Positions 9,201 to 17,535 of a stretch of 60,930 nucleotides of DNA are shown in pieces. The notes below the pieces were generated by a model. It was not told the origin of the DNA. It searched no databases and saw only the letters and a program-made list of their open reading frames with translations. This stretch comes from a virus (Duplodnaviria > Caudoviricetes). The stretch lies in the IMG/VR virus record IMGVR_UViG_3300032164_000015, positions 1 through 60,930 of that record. The stretch is one strand, 5' to 3'. Position 1 is the stretch's first letter; every line of letters begins with the position of its first letter. A program made the translations under genes and the position numbers.

Positions 9201-12200
9201 CTCGATGGCCGCCTTCATCACGGTCGGGTCGAAGCTCTGCTTGTTATCGGCGAAGTCGCCCCAGAACTTGTTGTAGTAGGGCGGCTGCTCGTTGTACTGC
9301 GCGTTCGGATGGTAGTCCGTCGAGAGGACATCGCCCTCAGGAGTGGAACTCGTCCACTTCGGATTCGGCAGCAGGTACTTGAAGCCCTGCTCCTTGTCGA
9401 TGCCGACCACCGAACCGTTCGGAAGAATCAGCAAGTTGCCGGGGTGCGTGTCGTGCTGTGAGAGGAGCCAGTCGAGGATGTGCTCGTCAGCCACGTCCTT
9501 CTTCTGCGCAGCCGTGAGACTCGCGGGACTCATCCCGGAGAGCGACTTCAGGTTGTCGCCGAGCCACGGCTGAAGCGTGGCGGGCTGAATGGCACCTGCG
9601 TTCGTCTTCGCGAACGTCGCAGCACCGACTGGCGGCGTGGAGGGCTTCACGGCCTGCCCGACGGTCGCGAAGAGAACCTGCGATGCGACCTTCCACGGCT
9701 CCGGCTTGCCGCTCGACTTGTTGGTCGCCAGCTTCAGCAGGTACTTCTTGCCGTTGTCATCAGTGAAGAAGTGCTTCTCACCTGCGCCGCCGATACCAAC
9801 GGCTTCGCCTTGGTGATTCAGGGTCGCGAGCGAGGGAAGCTTCGGTGGAATCAGCACGCCCGCAGCCAAAGTGCTGGCCGGACCTGTGGCGGCGAACTTG
9901 AACGGTGAGCCTTGAACCGTCGAAAAGAACTTCTCGAAGTCCGAGCGCAGGTTCTCCTTGCGCTTGATGATCTTGAACAGCGTGTGCGCCTTCCCGGTGG
10001 GGTCGCTGTCCATCGCGTCGATGTACGGCTGAACGAGCTTGACGTAGTCCTGCTCGGAAACCGCCTCGATGGCCTGAATGAACGGGAGCGCCGAGTTCAG
10101 GTCGAACTTGAGGTGACCTTTGGCGTGTGCCGCGTAGAGCGTGTTGTAGACCGGCGGCGAGTTGTTGGGCTTGTAGTCGAGGGACAGCTCGTCATCGCCA
10201 ATGAACTTGAACGCCTGCTCTTTGTCGATACCAACGATGTCACCGTTGCTGCGGACGACGAAGTTGCCCGCCTTGGAGTCGTGGTTCGACACCAGCCAGT
10301 CGAGCACGCGCTCGCGCTGAAGCTGAAGAATCTGCTTCGGCGTAAGGTTGATGAGCGGGACCTTGGACAGATCTGACACAACGTCCGGAACCATCGGTTG
10401 GAGCGAGCCGTAACCGTCGTCGGAGTTGCCGGTCGCCTGCACTGGAACGTACGTAGTCGCGTCTCCAAGTAGGGCGGCGATATTCGAGGCCACCTGCCCT
10501 CCGAACGCACGAATCTTGGCCGCGTCCTTCTTGTGGAGGAACAGGTTCCCGCTCACATCCTTGAGGAACACCTTCGGCTTGTTCCCGCCGAGCTTCGCCT
10601 TCGCATCGCCCGCCGGGCTGAGCGCCGACATCGGGGGAATTGACGGAAGAGCAGTACCGGCGACAAGGGAAGGAGCCGGAAGGGGCGTCGGAACCGCAAT
10701 CGGCGCGACAGGCGCAAGGGTGACTGGGGGTGGACCGGCTTCCGGCTTGTCGATGAAGTCGTCGAGGTCGAACCCGTCCGCGTACAACGCCTGCTTGATG
10801 ACTTGGGTGGCGAAAACTTCGGCCTTGGCGGGTGACCACCCCGCCGCCTTCAGGAAGTCGATGACCTGCTTGGCAGGGGTCACCCCGGTGGGCTTGCCTT
10901 GTTGAAACGCCTGCCACAGTCCCAGAACCTTCGCTTGGTCGGAGTCCGGTCCGTACCCGAGGACGGCGGCCCAGTGCAAAACCTTGATGTTGGTGGGGGC
11001 GGCGTTGCCCGCCAGAGCCCCCTGCGTGCCCGCCGGAACGACGACGGGAGCTGGAACCGAGGGAGGGGGCTCCTCGGGAGCCACAGGCTCACCATCGGGA
11101 CCGTGGGCGAAGCCAAGGCCGCTCGAAGCACCAGCCACGAAGTCGGCTGCGTCGAAGCTGGGGTGCCTGAAGACCTTGCCGACGAGGTCGGTCAGAAACG
11201 CTGAACGGGCGGCGACCGTGGCGGCGAATTCCGCATCAGGGACTTGACCTTCGAGTTCGGCGAGTTCCTTCGCAGCCCCTTTGACAGCCGCCAAGCCGTC
11301 CACCAACGAGGGCGCAATGACGCTCTGTTTCTTGAGGTGGTTCCGCCAAAAGTTGAGGGCCTTCGCCTCGTTCGAGTTGGCGGAGAATCCGAGTGCGGTG
11401 GCGAGGTCCCGCACCTGAGTTGAAGTGGGCGCAAGGAAGTCGGAGAGGTCCGGAGCAACTGCCGGGACAGCCGGGAACCCGGCGAAAGAGGCGGCGTCCC
11501 AGCCGGGGACCGCCTTGGCGTCCTTGATGGTCTTCTGCACGAACTGATTGAGGGCCTTCGCCGCGTCGGAGCTTTGTCCGGACGGAAGGTCCCCCGTGAG
11601 TTCTTTCACGGTCGCCGCGATGGCGTACGTGTGCTTGTTCTTGAGGTGCTTCTGCCAGACGGCGAGCACCTTGGCTCCGTCGGAATCCGGCGCGTGCCCG
11701 AGCTTCCCAGCGAGGTCCAGTACCAGCGGGTCGGACGGGGCTGGGAGAGCAGCAAGAGCCGACGTGGCAACGGGCGCGGGCGCGGGAACGGCAGGAAGCG
11801 CGGGCGCTGCGGCAGGGATAGCGGGAACAGGCTTCGCCTTCGCCTTTTTGGGCGGAGCTGCGGAGACGGAGGCAGTAGCGGCGACAACCGGGGCAGACAT
11901 CACGGGGCCTGCGCCGCCGATGAACGTGACGGTCAAGCCGCTCTCGAAATCGCCCTTGACGGTGATGAGCCCCTTTGCCTTCGCAGCGTCGATGAGTGCC
12001 TCGACCTCGGCAATCGCGGCTGCGTTCTTCTTGCCGAACTTCACCCGGTACATCTCCGCGACCGTGTCGGAGTTGATGCCCGGCTTCTTGTGGAACTGCG
12101 CGAGAGCAAACGCCTGAGGAGAACCTGCGGAGTACCCCAGCTTCTGGAGGGCGAAGTCGAGGGAGTTGGAAGTCTCGGCGGGAGAAGGGGGGCGCGCGTT

Positions 12201-12650
12201 GGAGGTCGGCCCTTCGGTGGGGGTCTGGGCCGCAGCGAGCGCGGCGGCCTCCGCCGCAGTGGCTTTCTGGAACCAGCCGTTCCCGAACTTCTTGAGGACT
12301 CCGGTGTACCAGTTCGCATTCTTCAGGAGAGCTGCGCGCTTCTTGGGGTCGTTGAAGCCCGCGTCGTTCAGGAAAGACATCAGCTCATCGACGTTCGCTT
12401 TCGCTCCGAAGTTGGATCCTTTTTCCTTCGGGGTGTGAATCGTCTTCTTGAAGAACGGTTGCATCCCCAGCGGCGTCCCGGACGGAACGTAGATCCACTC
12501 GCCGTTGGCCTGCTTCTGCACACGACGGTCGCCGTGAGACGACACCCAGCCGGGGGCAAGTCCAGTCGCCTCTTCCAGCCGCGCGGTGAAAAACGCACCC
12601 AGCGAGATGGTCGGCTCTTCGTTTCTCCAAAAGTCTCGACCGCTGCTCAC
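6264..12650 (-). CDS. 2128-aa multidomain protein with two HipA/PI3K-like kinase domains, five helical repeats and an unknown C-terminal domain
   Basis: LGGNKPK..LFLHK..DWLVSNHDSKAGN..VGIDKEQAF and IGGAGEK..YLLK..DWLLSQHDTHPGN..VGIDKEQGF; Pro/Ala linkers; GGAGG RBS before GTG. Confidence 0.8.
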   Translation of the reverse strand: MSSGRDFWRNEEPTISLGAFFTARLEEATGLAPGWVSSHGDRRVQKQANGEWIYVPSGTPLGMQPFFKKTIHTPKEKGSNFGAKANVDELMSFLNDAGFNDPKKRAALLKNANWYTGVLKKFGNGWFQKATAAEAAALAAAQTPTEGPTSNARPPSPAETSNSLDFALQKLGYSAGSPQAFALAQFHKKPGINSDTVAEMYRVKFGKKNAAAIAEVEALIDAAKAKGLITVKGDFESGLTVTFIGGAGPVMSAPVVAATASVSAAPPKKAKAKPVPAIPAAAPALPAVPAPAPVATSALAALPAPSDPLVLDLAGKLGHAPDSDGAKVLAVWQKHLKNKHTYAIAATVKELTGDLPSGQSSDAAKALNQFVQKTIKDAKAVPGWDAASFAGFPAVPAVAPDLSDFLAPTSTQVRDLATALGFSANSNEAKALNFWRNHLKKQSVIAPSLVDGLAAVKGAAKELAELEGQVPDAEFAATVAARSAFLTDLVGKVFRHPSFDAADFVAGASSGLGFAHGPDGEPVAPEEPPPSVPAPVVVPAGTQGALAGNAAPTNIKVLHWAAVLGYGPDSDQAKVLGLWQAFQQGKPTGVTPAKQVIDFLKAAGWSPAKAEVFATQVIKQALYADGFDLDDFIDKPEAGPPPVTLAPVAPIAVPTPLPAPSLVAGTALPSIPPMSALSPAGDAKAKLGGNKPKVFLKDVSGNLFLHKKDAAKIRAFGGQVASNIAALLGDATTYVPVQATGNSDDGYGSLQPMVPDVVSDLSKVPLINLTPKQILQLQRERVLDWLVSNHDSKAGNFVVRSNGDIVGIDKEQAFKFIGDDELSLDYKPNNSPPVYNTLYAAHAKGHLKFDLNSALPFIQAIEAVSEQDYVKLVQPYIDAMDSDPTGKAHTLFKIIKRKENLRSDFEKFFSTVQGSPFKFAATGPASTLAAGVLIPPKLPSLATLNHQGEAVGIGGAGEKHFFTDDNGKKYLLKLATNKSSGKPEPWKVASQVLFATVGQAVKPSTPPVGAATFAKTNAGAIQPATLQPWLGDNLKSLSGMSPASLTAAQKKDVADEHILDWLLSQHDTHPGNLLILPNGSVVGIDKEQGFKYLLPNPKWTSSTPEGDVLSTDYHPNAQYNEQPPYYNKFWGDFADNKQSFDPTVMKAAIEAVEKISDEQYVKALEPYVSTAAGGISVSAAIYDKALARKKNIRADFETFITGLYEKRTKKKGKFTFSAGWLPEGGVVTAPAATAQSLPQVPSVPSAPPPVVAAPLPGQKSVPPPVGFTPPPYSTVKKVASALGMSPDSVYADALQKLAAYNNNINDAAAQIAYLTGTPYTTALKRVKNVAKKLKDFGGWNAAVAPISASTPAPAAVAPDELTEPTPTVVIPAKPEEIAAAAATAQLALQVAANVPASLAPTGPNLAKKGVLAWILPSGTEPILRPDTDPVWEKLTAVPAEVLAGGAVFEDLAKISALDFDVMVRHVAEATHPGNLLMQNAFVQDALNRKNTTKYQVEQMLAETYREKTGEKGRFSFVTGWQAEGAKPVPIIKTVKKTATEGAEEANVKIRPWKTKDADGNTTEDDTKQAIKYVAGGLPAVQAFLTKFGLTPLGPAVEKKGSDGSTKFLLPMSKAAIANAFVSEQVTITPDEQASTADKIAPHSGTPSYFPSHAPAVPIAQSFKDINNTKTAKLGLVGRAFPTDGPALWGSTGTLNIKRVTSPTGVTKLMVTFKLRDAVVTNGKTYGYKNLLHSGTGVEHGFWTGTYDAETDSNIQTGAHSLEVSAREWSDGKHKLRMMSDEHSYWSFAGTCVAELELGPDEKITDVLKGLLDKASPGLGDAVMHEPTPEDREIQRLHQILFSAAPAIERGLQPEHFTAAELKAKAKLAKVPEVYFTASETEVTPGIKSFFVPDRWKTFPKDEAGEPVLKFLETSASTPKFIIQALRDSGPSGINQRVLSGTAKAGGPAGSSVEPDLASGGAQTGMWRLITTNSAKQSLFHANNQGNVSGRYKYILAADELDRLDVMSFPGDAYGSFGKASGKDEWDTRKTTAEVIKRRDAAAVTAQKASTYDKHDACASNETDFFNGVHGARVLRIVTQSESDRVELIREAHKQKLTAMNGVPIEDFVVVETGPAQAIYDKYVKPMGL

Positions 12651-12714
12651 GTCTGCCTCCCGCTTCTACATCGTCGGTGCAGGATTACATACCTGAGTGA
12701 CGCAGATCTTGAAA

Positions 12715-13494
12715 CTACGCTGTGCCCGCCTTCTTGGGCTTTGGAGCGAGGTTCTCTGCGGCTTTCACGGCAGCGTCATTGAGAATCGGCCCCATGAACT
12801 CGTTCACGTCCGCACCTGACTCGCGGCAGTAGTTGAGAACCTTGTCGAGCGCCTTCTTCATCGCCTTGTCCATCTGGACGTAGACGTGCTCGGTTTTTCC
12901 GAACGTGAACACCATGAAGGACTGCTGCACGGTGTCGCCGAACTTCGCGAAGAGCGTCTGGATGATGGTGCCGAGGTCCTCGACGGTCTTCGCCTCCTTC
13001 GCCTTCTCGTCAAACTCCGCGTGCATCTCCTTCGGCAGCGACTGCTTCATGCCGCGCTTCACGTCGCCAACGAGCTTCTGGAACTGCCGGGTATCCACGT
13101 AGCCCATGAGCTGCTGGAGCGCGTCCTTGCCGTACTTGTCGGCCATCTCTTGGTAGAGCTTGAGGAACTTCTCCGGGTTCATCTTCCCGCCGATGACGTT
13201 CAACCGTACGGTCTCGAACTTCTGGAGGTCCTCGTCCTGCCACCGCTTGCCCACGAGCACGGTGCAGGGAACCTCGTCGAGCCCTGCCTCCTGACACGCC
13301 TTCCAGCGATGCTCGCCGCCGATGATTCGAAAGAGCCCGTCCTGAACAGCGACGACCTGAATCGCGGCGGTGCAGCCGTTCTCTTTGATCTCATCGACAA
13401 GGCGCGTAAACATCGCCTCGTCCATGTGTTGAGGGTTCCAAGGGTTCGCCACCAGCTTGTCGATGGCGATGTGTTTCAGCTCATGCTTGCTCAA
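12715..13494 (-). CDS. ParB/Srx N-terminal domain protein
   Basis: KLVANPWNP, LVDEIKENG, RIIGGEHRWKAC..GLDEVPC. Confidence 0.85.
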   Translation of the reverse strand: MSKHELKHIAIDKLVANPWNPQHMDEAMFTRLVDEIKENGCTAAIQVVAVQDGLFRIIGGEHRWKACQEAGLDEVPCTVLVGKRWQDEDLQKFETVRLNVIGGKMNPEKFLKLYQEMADKYGKDALQQLMGYVDTRQFQKLVGDVKRGMKQSLPKEMHAEFDEKAKEAKTVEDLGTIIQTLFAKFGDTVQQSFMVFTFGKTEHVYVQMDKAMKKALDKVLNYCRESGADVNEFMGPILNDAAVKAAENLAPKPKKAGTA

Positions 13495-13551
13495 GTCGAT
13501 TCTCCGAGGGTACGTGCCTGAGGATCATACACCCCCGAAGCAGGTACGGTA

Positions 13552-13770
13552 TCAGTCGCCAAGAAGGATTTCGGCGAGATTTCCGCACTTCCCGGCGCAG
13601 ACGCGAAGCTCGCCGCACAGCTCACGAATCAACAAGTCGAGCTGCTGGTCGTCTCCCGGCTCGTCGATCACCGGTAGGCCGGAGTTCACTTTCTCGATCC
13701 ACTTTTCGAGAATCTTCTTGGCGCTCTCCAACTCTGAAGAAATGAGATCAGGACTGACTGGAAGGGACAT
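13552..13770 (-). CDS. Hypothetical protein
   Basis: 72 aa, coupled to upstream stop. Confidence 0.5.
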   Translation of the reverse strand: MSLPVSPDLISSELESAKKILEKWIEKVNSGLPVIDEPGDDQQLDLLIRELCGELRVCAGKCGNLAEILLGD

Positions 13771-14696
13771 CAGGTCTCCTTGGCGACTTTCTCCAGCGTG
13801 GCGAGCCCGTAGAGCACGTCCGTTGAAGAAGGATCCACCACGATGAATTTGTAGCCGATGAGCTTCTCCAGCTTCGCGACGTAGCGCAGCTTCTGCTCCT
13901 CACTGGCCTTCGTGAAGTCGTTGTTCGCGAGGAAGTCGAGGCAGATGAGGGAGAAGTTGTGTCCGGGGCGCTCGCTCCCAGACAACTCCTTCGCGCGGTC
14001 GATGGCCAACCGAACCGTCTCAAGCTGGTCCGGGTAGAACTTGAAGTTCTTGCTGAAGAGCGGCTCGTCGCGCGGATCCTTGTCGTTCACTGCCCAACTG
14101 TCTCGGGGAGGAACGACCACCTCAGGCGGAGCGTCCGAGTCGCCGTCGTACGTGCCGGAGAGCTGATTGGACTTCTCGATGGGGTCGCCTTGCTTCCGCA
14201 CTTCGCGCTCGACCTCTTCACCTTCCTGACGCTCGCGGGCCTTCCGAACCGCCGCCTCGACCGTCTGGTAGTTCATCCCCTCGGCCTTGGTGACCCACGC
14301 CTCGACGTTGCTGAGCTTGATGATGCGGCACAGCTCCCGAACCTTCGACCAGCCGAGAGCGAGGAGGCGCTTCTTCACGACCTCGTTCATCCCGTCGAGT
14401 TCGATTTCGATGCGGTACCAGATGAACCGCAGGCTCTCGGCCTTCTTGTAGTGGAGGTCCAGCTCCTGCTCAGCGTAGTCGCGAAAGGTGTTGAAGCCCC
14501 ACAGCGTGTAGATGGGCTTCTTCTGACGGTCGCCGTCGATGGGCGTGTCGTAGACCGTGAAGAGGATCTTGGCGAGGTTCATGTACCCGGTTTCGAGGGA
14601 CTCGACCAACTCCTTGGCTTCGGCGCGCAGCTTCTTCGCCCACGCCTTCGAGCCCGCACCGGTTGCTCCGCCATCTTTCGTCCAGTCACCCTTCAT
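13770..14696 (-). CDS. Hypothetical protein, probable DNA-binding
   Basis: 308 aa; WGFNTFRDYAEQELDL and LGWSKVREL resemble helical phage DNA-binding modules. Confidence 0.6.
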   Translation of the reverse strand: MKGDWTKDGGATGAGSKAWAKKLRAEAKELVESLETGYMNLAKILFTVYDTPIDGDRQKKPIYTLWGFNTFRDYAEQELDLHYKKAESLRFIWYRIEIELDGMNEVVKKRLLALGWSKVRELCRIIKLSNVEAWVTKAEGMNYQTVEAAVRKARERQEGEEVEREVRKQGDPIEKSNQLSGTYDGDSDAPPEVVVPPRDSWAVNDKDPRDEPLFSKNFKFYPDQLETVRLAIDRAKELSGSERPGHNFSLICLDFLANNDFTKASEEQKLRYVAKLEKLIGYKFIVVDPSSTDVLYGLATLEKVAKET

Positions 14697-15037
14697 GCGA
14701 CTTCTCCTTTTCCCGGCTTCTCGGACTCCAGTTCGGGCTCCCAGAAAATGACCTCGCGCGCGCGAACCTCTGTGAGGTCGCCTCGGGGACCTTCGCGGTT
14801 CATCAGCTCACCCTTGACGAGCACGTAGACGCCCTTGGCAAGCCGGGACTTGCAGATCCGCACAAGACCGTCCACGTACACGTTCACCTTGATGTACGCC
14901 GTCACGACCTGACCGCCAGACGCGTACCGGTCGGAGGCGACGTGGAAACTGCACACCTCAAGGCCCGCGCCCGTCTTTCCGAAGTCGGTGGCTCCGGTGA
15001 CATTCCCTGAAATGACAACCTCGTTCAAACCTCGCAC
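14693..15037 (-). CDS. ssb: Bacterial-type single-stranded DNA-binding protein, OB fold only
   Basis: MRGLNEVVISGNV, FHVASDR, LAKGVYVLVKGEL, TEVRAREVIF; no acidic DIPF tail. Confidence 0.85.
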   Translation of the reverse strand: MRGLNEVVISGNVTGATDFGKTGAGLEVCSFHVASDRYASGGQVVTAYIKVNVYVDGLVRICKSRLAKGVYVLVKGELMNREGPRGDLTEVRAREVIFWEPELESEKPGKGEVA

Positions 15038-15627
15038 GGTGGTGCTCCAGTGACGACTAGGGGACTCGAAACTCTCCGAGCCATGCGCATCAGCTCGCTG
15101 TCGAGAGTCGCTACTACCGCTCCGAGCGCGTCGTAAGGGTGCTCAAGCATCGACGGAAGAACATCCCGACAAGACTCGTCCAACAGGGCCTTGCCATAGC
15201 GCTTTTTCAGCGCCTTCTGCACGGCTTCTTTGTCGGAAGTCTTGGACCCGGTGACGGATTTCTTGAGCTGCTGAGGAGACGCCTGAATCACTGGGATGTT
15301 GAACTGCTCAGACAGGGCGGCGATGGCCCCCCAGCACATCGCCATCTTGGCCGCGACCGACGAGCTGCGCGGGAAGCTCATCGTCTCAGCACAGATGGCG
15401 CTGACAGGCCCGCACGCCCCGTCTGTCGCAAGATCACGAAGGAAGAGGTAGATCTCGCGCGCGCGACGGACGTTGTCATCAGAAGCAAAGACCTTCTGCT
15501 TCTTGGACGATTTCTCGGTTCGAAATACGCCCATGTTGATGGGGCGCTCACCACCCTCCGACGGAAGCTCCACTACCGCGTAGCCGATGCAGGCGAAACC
15601 GGGGTCCAATCCAAGAACGACGCTCAT
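15025..15627 (-). CDS. ruvC: RuvC-like Holliday junction resolvase
   Basis: VLGLDPGFACIGYAVV, ICAE, SPQQLKKSVTG..SDKEAV, HPYDALGA. Confidence 0.9.
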   Translation of the reverse strand: MSVVLGLDPGFACIGYAVVELPSEGGERPINMGVFRTEKSSKKQKVFASDDNVRRAREIYLFLRDLATDGACGPVSAICAETMSFPRSSSVAAKMAMCWGAIAALSEQFNIPVIQASPQQLKKSVTGSKTSDKEAVQKALKKRYGKALLDESCRDVLPSMLEHPYDALGAVVATLDSELMRMARRVSSPLVVTGAPPCEV

Positions 15628-16001
15628 GCGCGCTTTCTCGTGATGCTCTCGAAGCGTTCGTGCAGGGTGATGGCCCCCAGCACGTCATCCGCGTCCCGAA
15701 CCTGAACGAATCGACCCTCGACCCGCTCCAACACCTTCCCGCGCTTGAGCCCGAGAACGTTCGTCACGCGCGCGACCGCCGCCTTCGTCTCCGGAGAGTC
15801 GAGCCACCCGGAGTCGTACAGGAAGCACAACGCGCAGATGTTCTCCTGCCCGTAACGCGCGTGCATGATGCTCCAGTGGGCCGTCTGCTGCTTGCACACC
15901 ACGCAGTGGTGATTCGTAGTCGGACCCAACGGACGAAGCGCGTGAGTCGAAGTGACCTTCGGTTTCGCGGCGACATCGGGAACAACGGGAGTGGTTTCCA
16001 T
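15624..16001 (-). CDS. Hypothetical Zn-finger protein
   Basis: CVVC...CALC; likely start METTP. Confidence 0.55.
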   Translation of the reverse strand: METTPVVPDVAAKPKVTSTHALRPLGPTTNHHCVVCKQQTAHWSIMHARYGQENICALCFLYDSGWLDSPETKAAVARVTNVLGLKRGKVLERVEGRFVQVRDADDVLGAITLHERFESITRKRA

Positions 16002-16002
16002 T

Positions 16003-16863
16003 TCAAGTCTCCGCAAAGCACTTCTTCACGACCGAGCACTTGTTCGCGCGCGTGCAGGAGTCAGTCGCGCAAACTCTCTCCGGAAGCAAGCCCGAGCGAA
16101 TGCCGTTCGGAATGCTCGTCAGCATCGCTTTGAGGTTCACGATGGTCTCTTCGTCGTAGTCGATGAAGTGCTCAGCGATGGCTTTGTCCACGCCGTGCTC
16201 GCCCTTGGCCCAGTAGAAAATGACAGCCCACTTCAGGCCGCTCAGCCACAGGTACGCCTGCGCCTGAATGACATGCCCGTAGTGAGGAGCCTGTTTCACT
16301 TCCCACGCGTTCCTGCCGCCGATGGACTTTGCTTCGAGGATCCCCATTCCCGGTTTGCCGGGAAGCACCAAGAACCCGTCGGGGTGTCCCGTCAAACGGA
16401 ACTCGTCGTTGACGAAGTGCGCTTCGACGTACTGGAAGGCTTGGTCCCCTCGGCCCTTGCTGACGTTCCCGCACTTCGAACAGGTCTCCGGGCGGAGGAT
16501 GACCTTCTCGGACACAAGGAAGCCCTTCTCGACGCCGCCGTGCGCGAAACCGCACCCGAGACACTTCCACTGCCCGTACAACACGCCCAGCTCAGGCAAC
16601 GCGTGGTTCTGGAGACCCCAGTGAAGCGAGGTGCCGTGCAGGAAGGTCAGCAGGGTGTCGCCGTTGAGGGTTTCCTTGCGCGTCACCTGATGTTTGGTGC
16701 AGAGCACTTCTTCGCGCGCGCACAGTCCCGAGAGGGACGAGATCCGCACGTAGTCATCGACCTTCGGCGGCTCTTGAATCGCGGGTCGCTTCCACTCACG
16801 AGCGAAAAGCTGCTTCAGGGAGCCCGAAGCACGCGTCGTCGTCACCAAGTCTCCGAGCCCCAT
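16003..16863 (-). CDS. Cas4-like PD-(D/E)XK exonuclease
   Basis: ISSLSGLCAR, GTSLH, LTGHPDG, ILEAKS, QAQAY, C-terminal Cys cluster; inserted CLGC/CSKC ribbon. Confidence 0.8.
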   Translation of the reverse strand: MGLGDLVTTTRASGSLKQLFAREWKRPAIQEPPKVDDYVRISSLSGLCAREEVLCTKHQVTRKETLNGDTLLTFLHGTSLHWGLQNHALPELGVLYGQWKCLGCGFAHGGVEKGFLVSEKVILRPETCSKCGNVSKGRGDQAFQYVEAHFVNDEFRLTGHPDGFLVLPGKPGMGILEAKSIGGRNAWEVKQAPHYGHVIQAQAYLWLSGLKWAVIFYWAKGEHGVDKAIAEHFIDYDEETIVNLKAMLTSIPNGIRSGLLPERVCATDSCTRANKCSVVKKCFAET

Positions 16864-16945
16864 CCGTACCTCTTGTCCAGCGTCCGAGTTCGATCTTCAC
16901 TTCATCCGAGCGGCTCTATGCCACAAGTTTTCCAGCCCTGCTAGC

Positions 16946-17344
16946 TCAGTTGCTCTCGATTTCTCGCAGCAAAATCTCGGCAGGCTCACAACGGCAGTCC
17001 TCCGCCGACCGCTTGTGCTGCGAGAGCGCGGCGCGCTTGCCTTCCGTGTACGCCGCCCGAAGCAGCTTCAGCGACTCGTCACGCGGCACACCAAAGATGC
17101 GCGCCACCCCATCCACGCGCCCCAGCTCGCGCGCGAGGCTGATGAACAGGTGCTGGAGCCCCTCCAGCGTGGAGTCCGAGTCGTCGTCACGCCCACTCCA
17201 GAAGTCCGAGACGAGATGCTGAAGGCGCTCCTCGAAAGGCGGCGGCTCCGAACAGACGCAAGCAGGTTCCGATGTAGGAGCGGGTGTGGGTGTAGGTGGG
17301 GGTGGTGCTGGGGGCGAAGCCGAGGCAGACCGGGGGGCGCTCAT
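16946..17344 (-). CDS. Hypothetical protein with Pro-rich N-terminus
   Basis: ATG 17344 overlaps upstream TGA. Confidence 0.5.
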   Translation of the reverse strand: MSAPRSASASPPAPPPPTPTPAPTSEPACVCSEPPPFEERLQHLVSDFWSGRDDDSDSTLEGLQHLFISLARELGRVDGVARIFGVPRDESLKLLRAAYTEGKRAALSQHKRSAEDCRCEPAEILLREIESN

Positions 17345-17535
17345 GCCCGGTCCTCGGGCCGCACGTTCGCGGCTTGGTGTCGGAGCAGGGAGTCGCCTCG
17401 TACGTGCCACCAGACGCCCTCCAGAGCCTTCAGGTACAGCGGATCGCCCTCGTAGGCGCGGGTCCGCCAGTACAACCAACGCACCGCTCCCAGAGCCAAG
17501 GCTCGCAGGCTTTTGCCGACCGCGCTACTTTCCAC
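17341..17535 (-). CDS. Hypothetical protein
   Basis: 64 aa filling the operon. Confidence 0.4.
   Translation of the reverse strand: MESSAVGKSLRALALGAVRWLYWRTRAYEGDPLYLKALEGVWWHVRGDSLLRHQAANVRPEDRA

Noticed and set aside
16003-16863. CRISPR-Cas locus suggested by the Cas4-like gene
   Set aside because: No repeat-spacer array or other cas genes seen; solo Cas4-like nucleases are common in phage replication blocks
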